From contig JAHWHT010000002.1 in NCBI GenBank assembly GCA_019323135.1, positions 1 through 34,904 of the forward strand: a stretch of DNA of 34,904 nt, read 5' to 3'. The translations under genes were made by a program, and so were the position numbers. How positions within the stretch are numbered: the first letter of the stretch is position 1; every line of letters starts with the position of its first letter. Shown here piece after piece: positions 1 through 9,151 of the stretch. The stretch is from Candidatus Woesearchaeota archaeon (GTDB lineage Archaea; Nanobdellota; Nanobdellia; Woesearchaeales; ARS49). A model generated the notes under the pieces. It was not told the DNA's origin, did no database searches, and saw only the letters and a list, made by a program, of their open reading frames with translations.

Positions 1-614
1 GAAAGATAAGGAGTATGCGAATCAATGAAATGCAATGCAGTAAAAGAATCCTTGCCCGCAGGTATTTTTTTCAATGAATTAAAAAATGCATCATTTACTG
101 ATTTGAATCTGATTTTCAGGCCAAGATTTAAGTTCGGATTATTGCCTAGGAATTCTTGAAGATAAAAATAAGCTTTCCTTGCAGAGTTATAAAAGATAGT
201 TTTTCTTAGCTTATTTCCCATAAAGGCAGCAAAGCGCGTTAATTTTTGCCTATTCGCCCCTACCTGCGGGCGCTCTTTAAGAAAATCTTCAAAATAATCA
301 AATCCCTTATCAAAACCAAATTTTCTGCAGGTCACAACATTAGAAGTTATGTACTGCGTATAAAATTTATTCAGTTTTTTTGGTAGGTATACTGGTTCTT
401 TTTTCTCAGTTATGTGCCAGGTGTTTTCAATCTCTAATGGAACCGTTCCTGTAAACATGCCACTCATTGAAAAATTTGTTGCAGACGCAATAGAATGCGC
501 ATCAAATGACATATACTCTTTTTTCAAATCATTCAAAAATGGCATAAGCGCAGGATTATTCGCAGTATCTGGTCTTAAGCAATCAAATATTATTAAAATA
601 ATTTGTTTAGCCAA
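1..614 (-). CDS. alkaline-phosphatase-superfamily (sulfatase/LTA-synthase-like) protein; 3' end lies outside the window
   Basis: My own minus-strand translation; it is absent from the ORF track because no stop falls in the window. Sequence: ..LAKQIILIIFDCLRPDTANNPALMPFLNDLKKEYMSFDAHSIASATNFSMSGMFTG...TALHFIDSHTPYL. The IIFDxLRxD start and HxxDSHxPY are sulfatase-fold hallmarks. There is no in-frame ATG before the conserved N-terminus, so TTG at 614-612 is proposed as the start. Confidence 0.6.
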   Translation of the reverse strand, partial: MAKQIILIIFDCLRPDTANNPALMPFLNDLKKEYMSFDAHSIASATNFSMSGMFTGTVPLEIENTWHITEKKEPVYLPKKLNKFYTQYITSNVVTCRKFGFDKGFDYFEDFLKERPQVGANRQKLTRFAAFMGNKLRKTIFYNSARKAYFYLQEFLGNNPNLNLGLKIRFKSVNDAFFNSLKKIPAGKDSFTALHFIDSHTPYL

Positions 615-684
615 TTTATTCCTCCAAATATTATCAAAACGCAGACCATTTAAAAGGTTTGCGATTTAATCGTGTTTCATTAGA

Positions 685-692
685 TTTATAAA
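685..692 (+). promoter_or_regulatory. TATA box TTTATAAA for 718..1686
   Basis: The octamer lies 25 nt upstream of ATG 718. The same octamer recurs at 21-25 nt spacing before other genes and RNAs (5866, 7849, 17202, 17240, 27358, 31641). Confidence 0.5.
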
Positions 693-717
693 CAAACCAC
701 CAATATCACGAAGATAA

Positions 718-1686
718 ATGAAAACACAAAAATCTATGCAATTGCCAAAAAGCGTGTTTACTTTTTCATTTGATACAGAACTGATTTGGGGGATGTTTCG
801 GTATAATCCTGCTTTTCAAAACAAGCTAGATAAAGATTGGTTTAAAAAGCGCAGGAACATACAGCTCATGCTGCGTGAATTTAACAGATACGACATTCCT
901 GCAACTTGGGCAATAGTAGGGCATTTGTTTCTTGATAAGTGCAACAAAAAACACGCAGACATAAAAAAAGGCGATGACTGGATCAAACAGGATCCTGGCA
1001 CAAATCTAAAAAAAGCCCCATTATGGTATGGAAAAGATATTATCGATCTTATTTTATCCTCAAAAGCAAAACACGAGATTGCATCACACAGTTTCTCGCA
1101 CATTGATTTTGATACGTGCTCCCCAGCTGTTGCAGATTCAGAATTAAAGAAATGCAGGTCTTTGTTCAATAAACTCCCTTGCAAACTAACAACATTCATT
1201 TTTCCAAGAGATAAATACGGTAATTTTGAAGCGCTAAGAAAAAATAACATCAAGATATACAGAAAAGAAGTAAAAACAAAGAGAGACTTACTGAAATCCA
1301 GATTTTTCAAAAAAATAGTTCGTGCACTAGACATCTTTTGTTTTTTCAAAGCAGATCCGCTCGAGCCAATTGTCCAAAATAATAAATTAATCCAGATGCC
1401 TAAGTCAAGATTAATTGTTCCTATCAATAAAGAAACAACAGGAATATCATCCAAAACTTTGTTGAATATAATAAAATATTTTAATCTGCTAAAGATAAAG
1501 AGGACGATTAACAAAGCAATCGCAAAAAAAATACCAATTCACTTGTACAGTCACCCAATAGACTTCACAAGCCCTGCAGACCTAGTGTATCTAAGAAAGA
1601 TTTTGGCGTTTGTCAAAAAGAAAGAAATGCAAAAAAAGCTGGAGTGCCTCACAATGCAGCAAACATACGAGAAATACTTGAAGTAA
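718..1686 (+). CDS. polysaccharide deacetylase (CE4/NodB-like) family protein
   Basis: Motifs FTFSFDTE, ATWAIVGH, ASHSFSH (HxxxH) and FPRDKYG match the CE4 motif order. Confidence 0.65.
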   Translation: MKTQKSMQLPKSVFTFSFDTELIWGMFRYNPAFQNKLDKDWFKKRRNIQLMLREFNRYDIPATWAIVGHLFLDKCNKKHADIKKGDDWIKQDPGTNLKKAPLWYGKDIIDLILSSKAKHEIASHSFSHIDFDTCSPAVADSELKKCRSLFNKLPCKLTTFIFPRDKYGNFEALRKNNIKIYRKEVKTKRDLLKSRFFKKIVRALDIFCFFKADPLEPIVQNNKLIQMPKSRLIVPINKETTGISSKTLLNIIKYFNLLKIKRTINKAIAKKIPIHLYSHPIDFTSPADLVYLRKILAFVKKKEMQKKLECLTMQQTYEKYLK

Positions 1687-1687
1687 A

Positions 1688-2620
1688 ATGAAAAAAATAT
1701 CTGTTGTAATACTAGCATATAATGAAGAAAAAGGTATTGCTAAATGCATTGATTCTATTCTAAATCAGTTGCATAAAGCACACGAGATCATAGTAATCAA
1801 TGACGGAAGCACAGATTCCACATTAAATATTCTGAAAAAATACAAGAATAAAATAAAAATTATTGATAAGAAGAAAAATGAAGGTCGTGCAAAAGCATAT
1901 ACTGCTGGATTTAAAAAAGCAAAAGGCAATGTGGTTGCTTTTATCGACGGGGATTCATATGCTCCGCGCAATTGGATAACTCTTCTTGCACAAGCATTTG
2001 AAAAATGTGCAAAAAACACTGCCTGTCTTGGTGGCAACTATCTTTGCGCTAATACGCAATACAAATTGTCAAATCTAGAAAACAAATACAACAAGATTGC
2101 CATGAAAAAAAGCTTGTTCAAACTTCCCTCTGGAACAAATATGGCTTATGACAAGAAAATCTGTACAAAGCTGAATGTTTTCAAGAATATTCCTCAATTT
2201 AGATGCGATAGATATGCAATGGATCTATTGATAAGAAAAGGTTATATTGCAAAGACGATTCCAGGCTGTTACGTATTCTCAAAATCACCCAAGAGCTTAC
2301 GAGGGTATTTTAAGCAGCGATTTCGCTGGGGAAGGGGCGCCCCAAGTGCCAGGATGCTGAAAACAAGTGTGCTTTTCCAAAAAACAGTACTTATTTTATT
2401 TCCCGCGATAATTGTGGCGGGGGTAATCATATTTCCTCACATCTTTTTTCCATTAATTGGCTTGACAGCAGTTCTGTTCTTATTATCTGGATTAATTATG
2501 TCTATAAGATGGAAAATATTAAGTTTTATTGAAGCACTGCAGTTGATATTACTTAAATTAGCCGGTTGCTATGCTTATGCAGCAGGATATGTTTTTCAGA
2601 CAATGCGGAGGGTAATATGA
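1688..2620 (+). CDS. family 2 glycosyltransferase with C-terminal TM segments
   Basis: SVVILAYNEE..INDGSTDST..FIDGDSY (DxD), followed by a hydrophobic C-terminus. Confidence 0.8.
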   Translation: MKKISVVILAYNEEKGIAKCIDSILNQLHKAHEIIVINDGSTDSTLNILKKYKNKIKIIDKKKNEGRAKAYTAGFKKAKGNVVAFIDGDSYAPRNWITLLAQAFEKCAKNTACLGGNYLCANTQYKLSNLENKYNKIAMKKSLFKLPSGTNMAYDKKICTKLNVFKNIPQFRCDRYAMDLLIRKGYIAKTIPGCYVFSKSPKSLRGYFKQRFRWGRGAPSARMLKTSVLFQKTVLILFPAIIVAGVIIFPHIFFPLIGLTAVLFLLSGLIMSIRWKILSFIEALQLILLKLAGCYAYAAGYVFQTMRRVI

Positions 2621-3648
2621 AGCTGTATTTTATCGCAAGTACGTTCAGGGGTTTTGGTTCTGGCAAAGGCTACTGGTTTCATAAGGCTGCAGAATTACTT
2701 TCTAAAAAAATAGACGTAAAAATATTTAGCATGAGGTTATTTAATGAAAAACCAGCTAATGTAAATTGTCTAAAAAAGAAATTCTGCAGAAAAATAGCAG
2801 AAATACGAAGAGAATGCAAAAAAAACAAGGCAGTCTTGCATTTTCCACAGTATCATCTCGCTTTATTCAGTTTTATCCCGAGGTTTTTTTTCAAGTGTCC
2901 GATAGTTATTGGACCAAACACTCTGCCGCTTCAAATTCCTAACAAAAACAAGAAGCCTTCCTTCAAAGAGCGACGCATTATCAACATGAAGTTTGATATG
3001 TTCACTGCTCTTAGCGATGCGCATAAAATAATTCTTGAAAATTACGGTATTCCCGCAAATAAAATAAAAGTGATTAAACCAGGTATTGAACTGGATATCT
3101 TCAAGCCAATGCCAGTCAACCGAAAGAAGTTCGGAATTGAGGAAAAAGATTTTGTTTTCGCATTTATCAACCGATTTGCAGAAGTCAAGCAGTTTGATTT
3201 GTTTGAAAAAGCAATGATGCAAATTATAGATAAACACAAGCACGTTAAATTCTTGATTATCGGTAAAAAATTGCCTGTTCAACATAAGAATATAATCAAC
3301 ATCGGATTTATCAACAGAATGAATCTTCCTAAACATTATAATTTATGCGACGTATATCTTATCACATCCGAATGGGAAACATATTCTATCGCAGGTATGG
3401 AAGCATTATCCTGCGGAAAACCATGTATTATGACTGATGTCGGAGGCAATCCTGAGCAGATAATTCCTGGAAAAAATGGATTTTTAGTTAAAAAAGACTG
3501 CAGTAATTTGATTGAAACAATGGAAAACTGCATAAACAATCCTAAATTGATTAAACAGATGTCTAAAAATGCTCGTGAATTAGCACTAAAGAATTTTAAT
3601 TGGGATGGCAAGATAAAAGAATTGATAAAGCTTTACCAAAATCTTTAA
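2617..3648 (+). CDS. GT-B fold glycosyltransferase (GT4-like)
   Basis: An EX7E-type region is present (SEWETYSIAGMEALSCGKPCIMTDVGGNPEQI). ATG 2617 overlaps the upstream TGA (ATGA), so the track start at 2566 is probably too long. Confidence 0.8.
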   Translation: MKLYFIASTFRGFGSGKGYWFHKAAELLSKKIDVKIFSMRLFNEKPANVNCLKKKFCRKIAEIRRECKKNKAVLHFPQYHLALFSFIPRFFFKCPIVIGPNTLPLQIPNKNKKPSFKERRIINMKFDMFTALSDAHKIILENYGIPANKIKVIKPGIELDIFKPMPVNRKKFGIEEKDFVFAFINRFAEVKQFDLFEKAMMQIIDKHKHVKFLIIGKKLPVQHKNIINIGFINRMNLPKHYNLCDVYLITSEWETYSIAGMEALSCGKPCIMTDVGGNPEQIIPGKNGFLVKKDCSNLIETMENCINNPKLIKQMSKNARELALKNFNWDGKIKELIKLYQNL

Positions 3649-3674
3649 AAAACAGCCGCCCTTAACTAAAAATA

Positions 3675-4295
3675 ATGAAACCGCAATTGAAAAAAATAAG
3701 ATATAAGCACAAATTAGTAGCGACTTTGCTTCAAGGTAAAGAAAAAGTGCTAGATATAGGTTATGCAAAACATCCTAATCCTTTTTTGAATAATGCGCAC
3801 GGTATTGATATTCAAGATTTAGGTAAACCAGCAAACTTTATCGAAACCAAAATAGCAAACCTGAATACAGACAAAATACCCTATCCGAATAAATTTTTTG
3901 ATGGAATAACTGCGTGTGGATTAATAGAACATTTAGAGAATCCACAAGATTTTTTGAGAGAATGTAATAGAGTATTGAAAATAGGGGGCAAATTGGTGCT
4001 AACCACACCAAACATTCTAGGATACATGAACGTACTCGGCGAATTATTGAACCGACCTGATGGAGATAAAGGAGCACACTTCCAAGAATATTCGCAAAGA
4101 GTATTGAAAAGAATACTAAGACGGAATGGGTTTTCTAATGTTCAAGTAAGGGGTATGTTCTTTAGGTTAAACAAAAGATTTTGGTTTAAAACAAAAAACT
4201 GCTGGCTGTCTCCCCAATTATTAGCAATGGGAACAAAAGCAAAAAACCCTGAAACCAAAATAATGTATGGTGACGGTACAATCATAAGCGATTAA
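3675..4295 (+). CDS. class I SAM-dependent methyltransferase
   Basis: VLDIGYA (motif I-like), GLIEHLENP and GGKLVLTTPN. Confidence 0.7.
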   Translation: MKPQLKKIRYKHKLVATLLQGKEKVLDIGYAKHPNPFLNNAHGIDIQDLGKPANFIETKIANLNTDKIPYPNKFFDGITACGLIEHLENPQDFLRECNRVLKIGGKLVLTTPNILGYMNVLGELLNRPDGDKGAHFQEYSQRVLKRILRRNGFSNVQVRGMFFRLNKRFWFKTKNCWLSPQLLAMGTKAKNPETKIMYGDGTIISD

Positions 4296-5842
4296 ACAAA
4301 TCGTTTAATGATTTTCTTTGCAAAATTAAGATTTAATCCTGATTTTCGTTCTATTGCTACAAGAATCATCAAATCCTCTTTATTGAATGACTTTAATAGA
4401 AGTAATAATCCCAAATATACCGCACAAAATAAAGCCAAAGTAACTAATAGTTCTAACAGAGAATATGGTCGGAAAAACTTGGTTAATACAGCATAACTTA
4501 AACATAGAGGTAATACTGCGCTTAATACATATTTCAAATACAATTTTAAATCATGACTAAATCCGATCATAGATCGAACTTTGAAAAAGAAAACAAATTC
4601 TCTTAAGATGACAAATGTGCTAGTTGCAACTGCAGCGCCGATTATGCCATATTTTGGAATTAATATCATATTTAAAACAATATTAAGAATAACTGCAACC
4701 AGATTGGTACAAAAAATAAATTTAGTTTTCTTGAACGCTTTTAAAACTGGATCTGTAGGACCATTTATAACATTGATAAAATATGCCACTAACAGCACAA
4801 CTAAAGCAGCAGAACCACCCACATAAGCTTTACCAAACAGAGTTTTTAATACAACCGACGGGAAAAACAAAACAATAAGAAAAACCGGGAAAGTTAAAAC
4901 AAATATCCATCTTTTTATCACTGCAAAAACTTCTCCAAGCCAAACATGTCTATTTTTACCGATGGATTCAGATGCTATTGGATAGAATATTTGACTAAAT
5001 GCAGTCAAAAATACCCCCAATATTGCCATAAGAGGCAAAACTGCATTATAAACACCCACATCTGCTGCAGTTTTAAAAATACCTAAAAGAAACGTATCAC
5101 CCCAACCCATTATATTCAAAAATATGCCTGAAAAAAAAAGAGGTGCAGAAAATTTGATTAGTTTTTTGTATTCATACTTTGTTTTATGCACCATTCCAAA
5201 TACAGGAAACACTTTCCATTGAAGCAGAATAAATCCCAATAATACTGCTGCCAATATAGAAATCAAATACGCCCAGGATATCTGCAGCACAGTACCTCCA
5301 AGTACAACAATAATTCCCACAAGTATCAAATTTATTGCGTAAGTAAATATGTTTTCAACTAATTGTTTGTATTCTGGTTTTTTGTATGCAAGGAAAAAAG
5401 AATTAACCAACCGAAATAAAACATATATTGGCAGTGCAAGTGCAAAAATTTTTAGGACTGGAATGAATTTTTCAGTATGAAACCATCCAATTGCAATCTG
5501 TTTCGAAAAAATCACCAGCAGCACAGTCATCACCAATGCTATAGGAAACCCTATTCTTACTGCTGCCCAAAAAATGCCCTTTATTCTGCTTGGATCTGCT
5601 TTACCCCTGTAGAACGCAACATACCTCATAAGGCCTTCCTTCACCCCAAACAGAGATATAATCAACCCCAAGCTCAATACCATCTGGCCTAATGCAATCA
5701 AACCATAATCCGAAGGCCCCAAATATCTAGTCAATACAATTCTATAAACAAAATTAAGGATATATGCAAGAAAAGTTCCTACAAAAATAATTCCTGCACC
5801 TCGCACAACTTGTTTCAGAAGCTGATGTTTTTCCTTAGACAT
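4292..5842 (-). CDS. MOP-superfamily polysaccharide/oligosaccharide flippase (Wzx-like)
   Basis: About 517 aa and polytopic throughout, with a typical Wzx/MATE-like composition. ATG 5842 (MSKEKHQLLKQ..) is preferred over the TTG at 5863. Confidence 0.75.
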   Translation of the reverse strand: MSKEKHQLLKQVVRGAGIIFVGTFLAYILNFVYRIVLTRYLGPSDYGLIALGQMVLSLGLIISLFGVKEGLMRYVAFYRGKADPSRIKGIFWAAVRIGFPIALVMTVLLVIFSKQIAIGWFHTEKFIPVLKIFALALPIYVLFRLVNSFFLAYKKPEYKQLVENIFTYAINLILVGIIVVLGGTVLQISWAYLISILAAVLLGFILLQWKVFPVFGMVHKTKYEYKKLIKFSAPLFFSGIFLNIMGWGDTFLLGIFKTAADVGVYNAVLPLMAILGVFLTAFSQIFYPIASESIGKNRHVWLGEVFAVIKRWIFVLTFPVFLIVLFFPSVVLKTLFGKAYVGGSAALVVLLVAYFINVINGPTDPVLKAFKKTKFIFCTNLVAVILNIVLNMILIPKYGIIGAAVATSTFVILREFVFFFKVRSMIGFSHDLKLYLKYVLSAVLPLCLSYAVLTKFFRPYSLLELLVTLALFCAVYLGLLLLLKSFNKEDLMILVAIERKSGLNLNFAKKIIKRFV

Positions 5843-5865
5843 ATAAAGATAAAACAAAAACAAGA

Positions 5866-5873
5866 TTTATAAA
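5866..5873. promoter_or_regulatory. single palindromic TATA box shared by divergent genes
   Basis: TTTATAAA is its own reverse complement. Exactly 23 nt separate it from ATG 5897 (+) and from ATG 5842 (-). Confidence 0.55.
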
Positions 5874-5896
5874 CCTTATGTATTTGAAAAGTAAAT

Positions 5897-6550
5897 ATGA
5901 TCTCCATAACAATCCCTGCCTACAATGAATCAGACATAATAGCAAGTACCATCCAAAATCTTCAAAAATTTTGCACAAAACAAAAAATCCCAATAGAAAC
6001 CATAGTAGTAGACGACGCTTCTACAGATAACACCTCAAAAATCGCCAAAAACGCAGGCGCACGAGTGTTAAGAAATAATCAAAATCGCCGCTCATCATAC
6101 ACAATTCTTAAAGGAATAAAGAACGCAAAATACAATAAAATACTGATTGTTGATGCAGATAATGAAATTCCAATACAAAACATTCTCCCAGTACTCAAAA
6201 TAACTCGAGGATACCTCATAATTGGCCAAAGAAAGTATTTGCCACGCAGAAGTGAGCGTTTTCTTGCTTTTTGGACAAAACATTTGCTAAAAATTAACGA
6301 TCCGTTATGCTACCTTAAATTCTTTGACAAAAGAGATCTAAAAGGCATAAACTCAATCCATACAAAAGAGAGATATGCATTTCAGCTCATAGAATTAGCC
6401 ATAAAAAATAATATTAAAATTAAGAATCTCCCTGTTAAAAACGTCAAGCGCCGACAAGCTTCAAAACACACATCTAATTTAAGAATCTGGATTACGATTT
6501 TGAAGAATATGTTTAAGACGTTTCAGTTGTGTTTAATAAAGAAAAAATAA
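5897..6550 (+). CDS. family 2 glycosyltransferase (dolichyl-phosphate sugar synthase-like)
   Basis: ISITIPAYNE..VVDDASTDNT..VDADNE. Confidence 0.75.
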   Translation: MISITIPAYNESDIIASTIQNLQKFCTKQKIPIETIVVDDASTDNTSKIAKNAGARVLRNNQNRRSSYTILKGIKNAKYNKILIVDADNEIPIQNILPVLKITRGYLIIGQRKYLPRRSERFLAFWTKHLLKINDPLCYLKFFDKRDLKGINSIHTKERYAFQLIELAIKNNIKIKNLPVKNVKRRQASKHTSNLRIWITILKNMFKTFQLCLIKKK

Positions 6551-6552
6551 AT

Positions 6553-7761
6553 TTAGATATAATCTTCTCCATTATACCTAACTTCTGCGTCTTTCGCTAT
6601 GGATCTATTCACAGCGTCAACTAACTTCTCTGATCTCATTTGGTCAGCAAATGTTGCCACTGCCACAGGTTTTTTGCCAGTCTCAGCCCAATCAAGAAAT
6701 TTCTCAAACTGTGTTCCAAATTCATCTGCACTAAGGTGCACTTCATTTACCATTAATTTACCTAATCCGCTTCTGTCTTTTTTTGTTTCATCTAGACATC
6801 CGTGCCAGGCATATATTCCATTTCTTATATGCTTGCCATGTTCTTTATATTTGTCTCTTAAATCAGTTATATCAACGTGCATTGTTACCGATCTCTGAAA
6901 CCTTTCTCCTTCAGGAAGTTCTCCGATTATCTCTATAACTCTTCCTTTTCTTGGATTCTCAAAATCATTATAAACAAAAGCCATTCTGCCGTCTTTATAT
7001 TTCAATGTTGCCATTGATGCTTTTGATATTCCTGCAACAACATATTTTTCACCTTTGAAATTATCCTCACTCAAATACCTTGTTCCTGTTTTATCAGTAG
7101 CGTTCTTCCAGTTTTCAGGGTTTACAATTATCTCTCCTTCTGAATCCACTGCATTAACCCTATACGGCAGTCCCTGCATTAACACAGACAATATGCTAAA
7201 TGGATGAGGTCCTTCTTCTGTTGTTATTCCAGGAATAACGTGCTCTCTTGGTCCTCTCTCTTTAACCCAGCTTATGTTAACTCTTCTTACATCAATTTTA
7301 TCTTCTTGAATCAACTGCATCGCTCTCATAAAAGCTGGATGAAACAGCATCTGGCTTCCTGCCACATTAGGAACTCCGTTTGTTTCCACAAGTTCTATTA
7401 ATTTTAATGCTTGATTATAATCTGCGTCTATTGGTTTTGATAAAAATACAGGAATTCCATTCGCAACCAATGGTGCTGTGGTTTCGTAATGCATTGTTGC
7501 AGGTGTATTGACAAATGCAAATTGTATTTGGTCTAGAATTTGGTTTGCAGGCATTTCGCCTTGTTTTACTTTGATTCTTCTTTCAGGAGGTATTCCATAT
7601 TTTTCTCCTTTTTCATCAAGTGCATCTTGGCTTGGATCTGCCAGCCAGATTTTATCTACTCTATCTGATAAGTCTTTACCCCATTGTCCTGCAAATCTTT
7701 GCAGCGGAAAATTAGCAAAATTTCCTGCCCCTAACATCAATCCATTCATTTTTTTATTCAT
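6553..7761 (-). CDS. Gfo/Idh/MocA-family NAD(P)-dependent oxidoreductase
   Basis: N-terminal Rossmann region (GLMLGAGNFA..), the SKP motif region (VFLSKPID), and a C-terminal alpha/beta domain of matching length. Confidence 0.7.
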   Translation of the reverse strand: MNKKMNGLMLGAGNFANFPLQRFAGQWGKDLSDRVDKIWLADPSQDALDEKGEKYGIPPERRIKVKQGEMPANQILDQIQFAFVNTPATMHYETTAPLVANGIPVFLSKPIDADYNQALKLIELVETNGVPNVAGSQMLFHPAFMRAMQLIQEDKIDVRRVNISWVKERGPREHVIPGITTEEGPHPFSILSVLMQGLPYRVNAVDSEGEIIVNPENWKNATDKTGTRYLSEDNFKGEKYVVAGISKASMATLKYKDGRMAFVYNDFENPRKGRVIEIIGELPEGERFQRSVTMHVDITDLRDKYKEHGKHIRNGIYAWHGCLDETKKDRSGLGKLMVNEVHLSADEFGTQFEKFLDWAETGKKPVAVATFADQMRSEKLVDAVNRSIAKDAEVRYNGEDYI

Positions 7762-7848
7762 TATAAACCACCTAAGAATGTTTAATTTTTCTCCCCTTTT
7801 AAAGCTTCAGGAATATAGCCCTATAGAGTAGTGATACCTTTCACAACA

Positions 7849-7856
7849 TTTATAAA
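7849..7856 (+). promoter_or_regulatory. TATA box TTTATAAA for 7880..9151 operon
   Basis: 23 nt upstream of ATG 7880. Confidence 0.5.
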
Positions 7857-7879
7857 GCGTTCCTAGTTCAGTGATTTTC

Positions 7880-9151
7880 ATGGGGAAAACAGTAATCATC
7901 GGCCTCGATGGTGTGCCATACCATCTAATAGACAATTTGTCTAACAAAGGAGTTATGCCTAATTTTAAGAATCTTAAGGATAAAGGCATTTTCAAGGAGA
8001 TGGAATCTGCAATTCCTGAAATCTCTTCTGTTTCCTGGAGTTCGATAATAACCGGCGTAAATCCTGCAGAGCATGGTATTTTCGGTTTTATGGATATGAT
8101 TCCAGGGACTTACACCATGTCTTTTCCTAATTTTAACTCAATTAAAGCGCCTGCATTCTGGCAAACAATGGATGGAACACATGCAATAATCAATGTCCCT
8201 TCTACTTATCCTGCAAAACCAATGAACGGCTTTCATGTTGCAGGTTTTGTTGCACTAGATTTAGAAAATGCAGTTTATCCACAAAAATATATTCCTATGC
8301 TTGAAGAATTGAATTATCGTATTGATGTCGATTCTGAAAAAGGACACAGTTCTAAAGAATTATTTTTCAAGGATTTGCACAGAACCTTAGACGCAAGACA
8401 AAACACAGCCCTACAGCTATGGGATGAAACAAAATGGGATACCTTCATGTTTGTAATAACCGGAACAGATCGAATTGGTCATTTCTTATGGGACGCATAT
8501 GAAGATGAAAATCATGAGCATCACCAAAACTTTTTAGATTATTTCAAAAGAGTTGACGAAGTTGTAGGAAGCATCACAAATAAAATGTCAGACGAAGATT
8601 CTTTAATCATGATATCTGACCACGGCATGGGCTTGTCAGAAACAAATGTAATCGTCAACGCAGTATTGAAAAATAATGGCTTCTTAGAATTAAACGATGC
8701 AGAACGCCAAAATCACAATCACATCAAAGCAAATTCCAAAGCTTTTGCATTAGACCCAGGAAGAATATACTTAAACAAAGAAGGCAAATACCCTAAAGGC
8801 ACTGTCAAAAAAGAAGATGAAGAACAGATTCTCAAAGACTTAACAAGCACCTTTGAAAATTTAGAAAAAGACGGCAAAAAAGTTATAAAGAAAATTTTCA
8901 GAAAAGAAGAAGTCTACAGCGGCCCGCATCTAGAGCAAGCTCCAGACCTTATCCTGCTTTCAAATAAAGGATTTAATTTAAGAGGAAATTTAACCAAGAC
9001 TGAAATTTTTGACAAAGATATTTTTACTGGAATGCACACACAGGAAGATGCATTTTTATTTGTTAAAACACCAAAAAGCATAGAGCTTCCTAAAAATCCA
9101 AAAGTAACTGATGTTTTTCCAATTATAAATAAAATAAACGGTGATACTTAA
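7880..9151 (+). CDS. alkaline-phosphatase-family protein (type I phosphodiesterase/nucleotide pyrophosphatase-like)
   Basis: VIIGLDGVPYHL, SSVSWSSIITGVNPAEHGIFG (nucleophile region), TGTDRIGH and ISDHGM. The stop overlaps the next ATG (TAATG). Confidence 0.75.
   Translation: MGKTVIIGLDGVPYHLIDNLSNKGVMPNFKNLKDKGIFKEMESAIPEISSVSWSSIITGVNPAEHGIFGFMDMIPGTYTMSFPNFNSIKAPAFWQTMDGTHAIINVPSTYPAKPMNGFHVAGFVALDLENAVYPQKYIPMLEELNYRIDVDSEKGHSSKELFFKDLHRTLDARQNTALQLWDETKWDTFMFVITGTDRIGHFLWDAYEDENHEHHQNFLDYFKRVDEVVGSITNKMSDEDSLIMISDHGMGLSETNVIVNAVLKNNGFLELNDAERQNHNHIKANSKAFALDPGRIYLNKEGKYPKGTVKKEDEEQILKDLTSTFENLEKDGKKVIKKIFRKEEVYSGPHLEQAPDLILLSNKGFNLRGNLTKTEIFDKDIFTGMHTQEDAFLFVKTPKSIELPKNPKVTDVFPIINKINGDT

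Noticed and set aside
412-669. 85-aa plus-strand ORF in the track
   Set aside because: It lies entirely antisense to a much better minus-strand reading frame with clear sulfatase-fold motifs, and it has no motif of its own.
816-1514. 232-aa minus-strand ORF, and similar long antisense ORFs (2863-3336, 18093-18578, 30637-31269, 25770-26156, 7508-7831 and others)
   Set aside because: These are shadow ORFs opposite well-supported genes in AT-rich DNA. Their composition is low-complexity (S/F/L/I-rich) and they show no family signatures.
2566-2616. Upstream extensions of several track ORFs (2566, 7871, 10598, 12571, 13591, 14036, 15540, 18751, 27383, 30690, 32041, 5863)
   Set aside because: Each has an internal ATG that gives a family-typical N-terminus. 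These ATGs also sit at an ATGA/TAATG junction, follow an SD, or lie 23-25 nt downstream of a TATA box. The extensions overlap upstream genes or use GTG/TTG codons.
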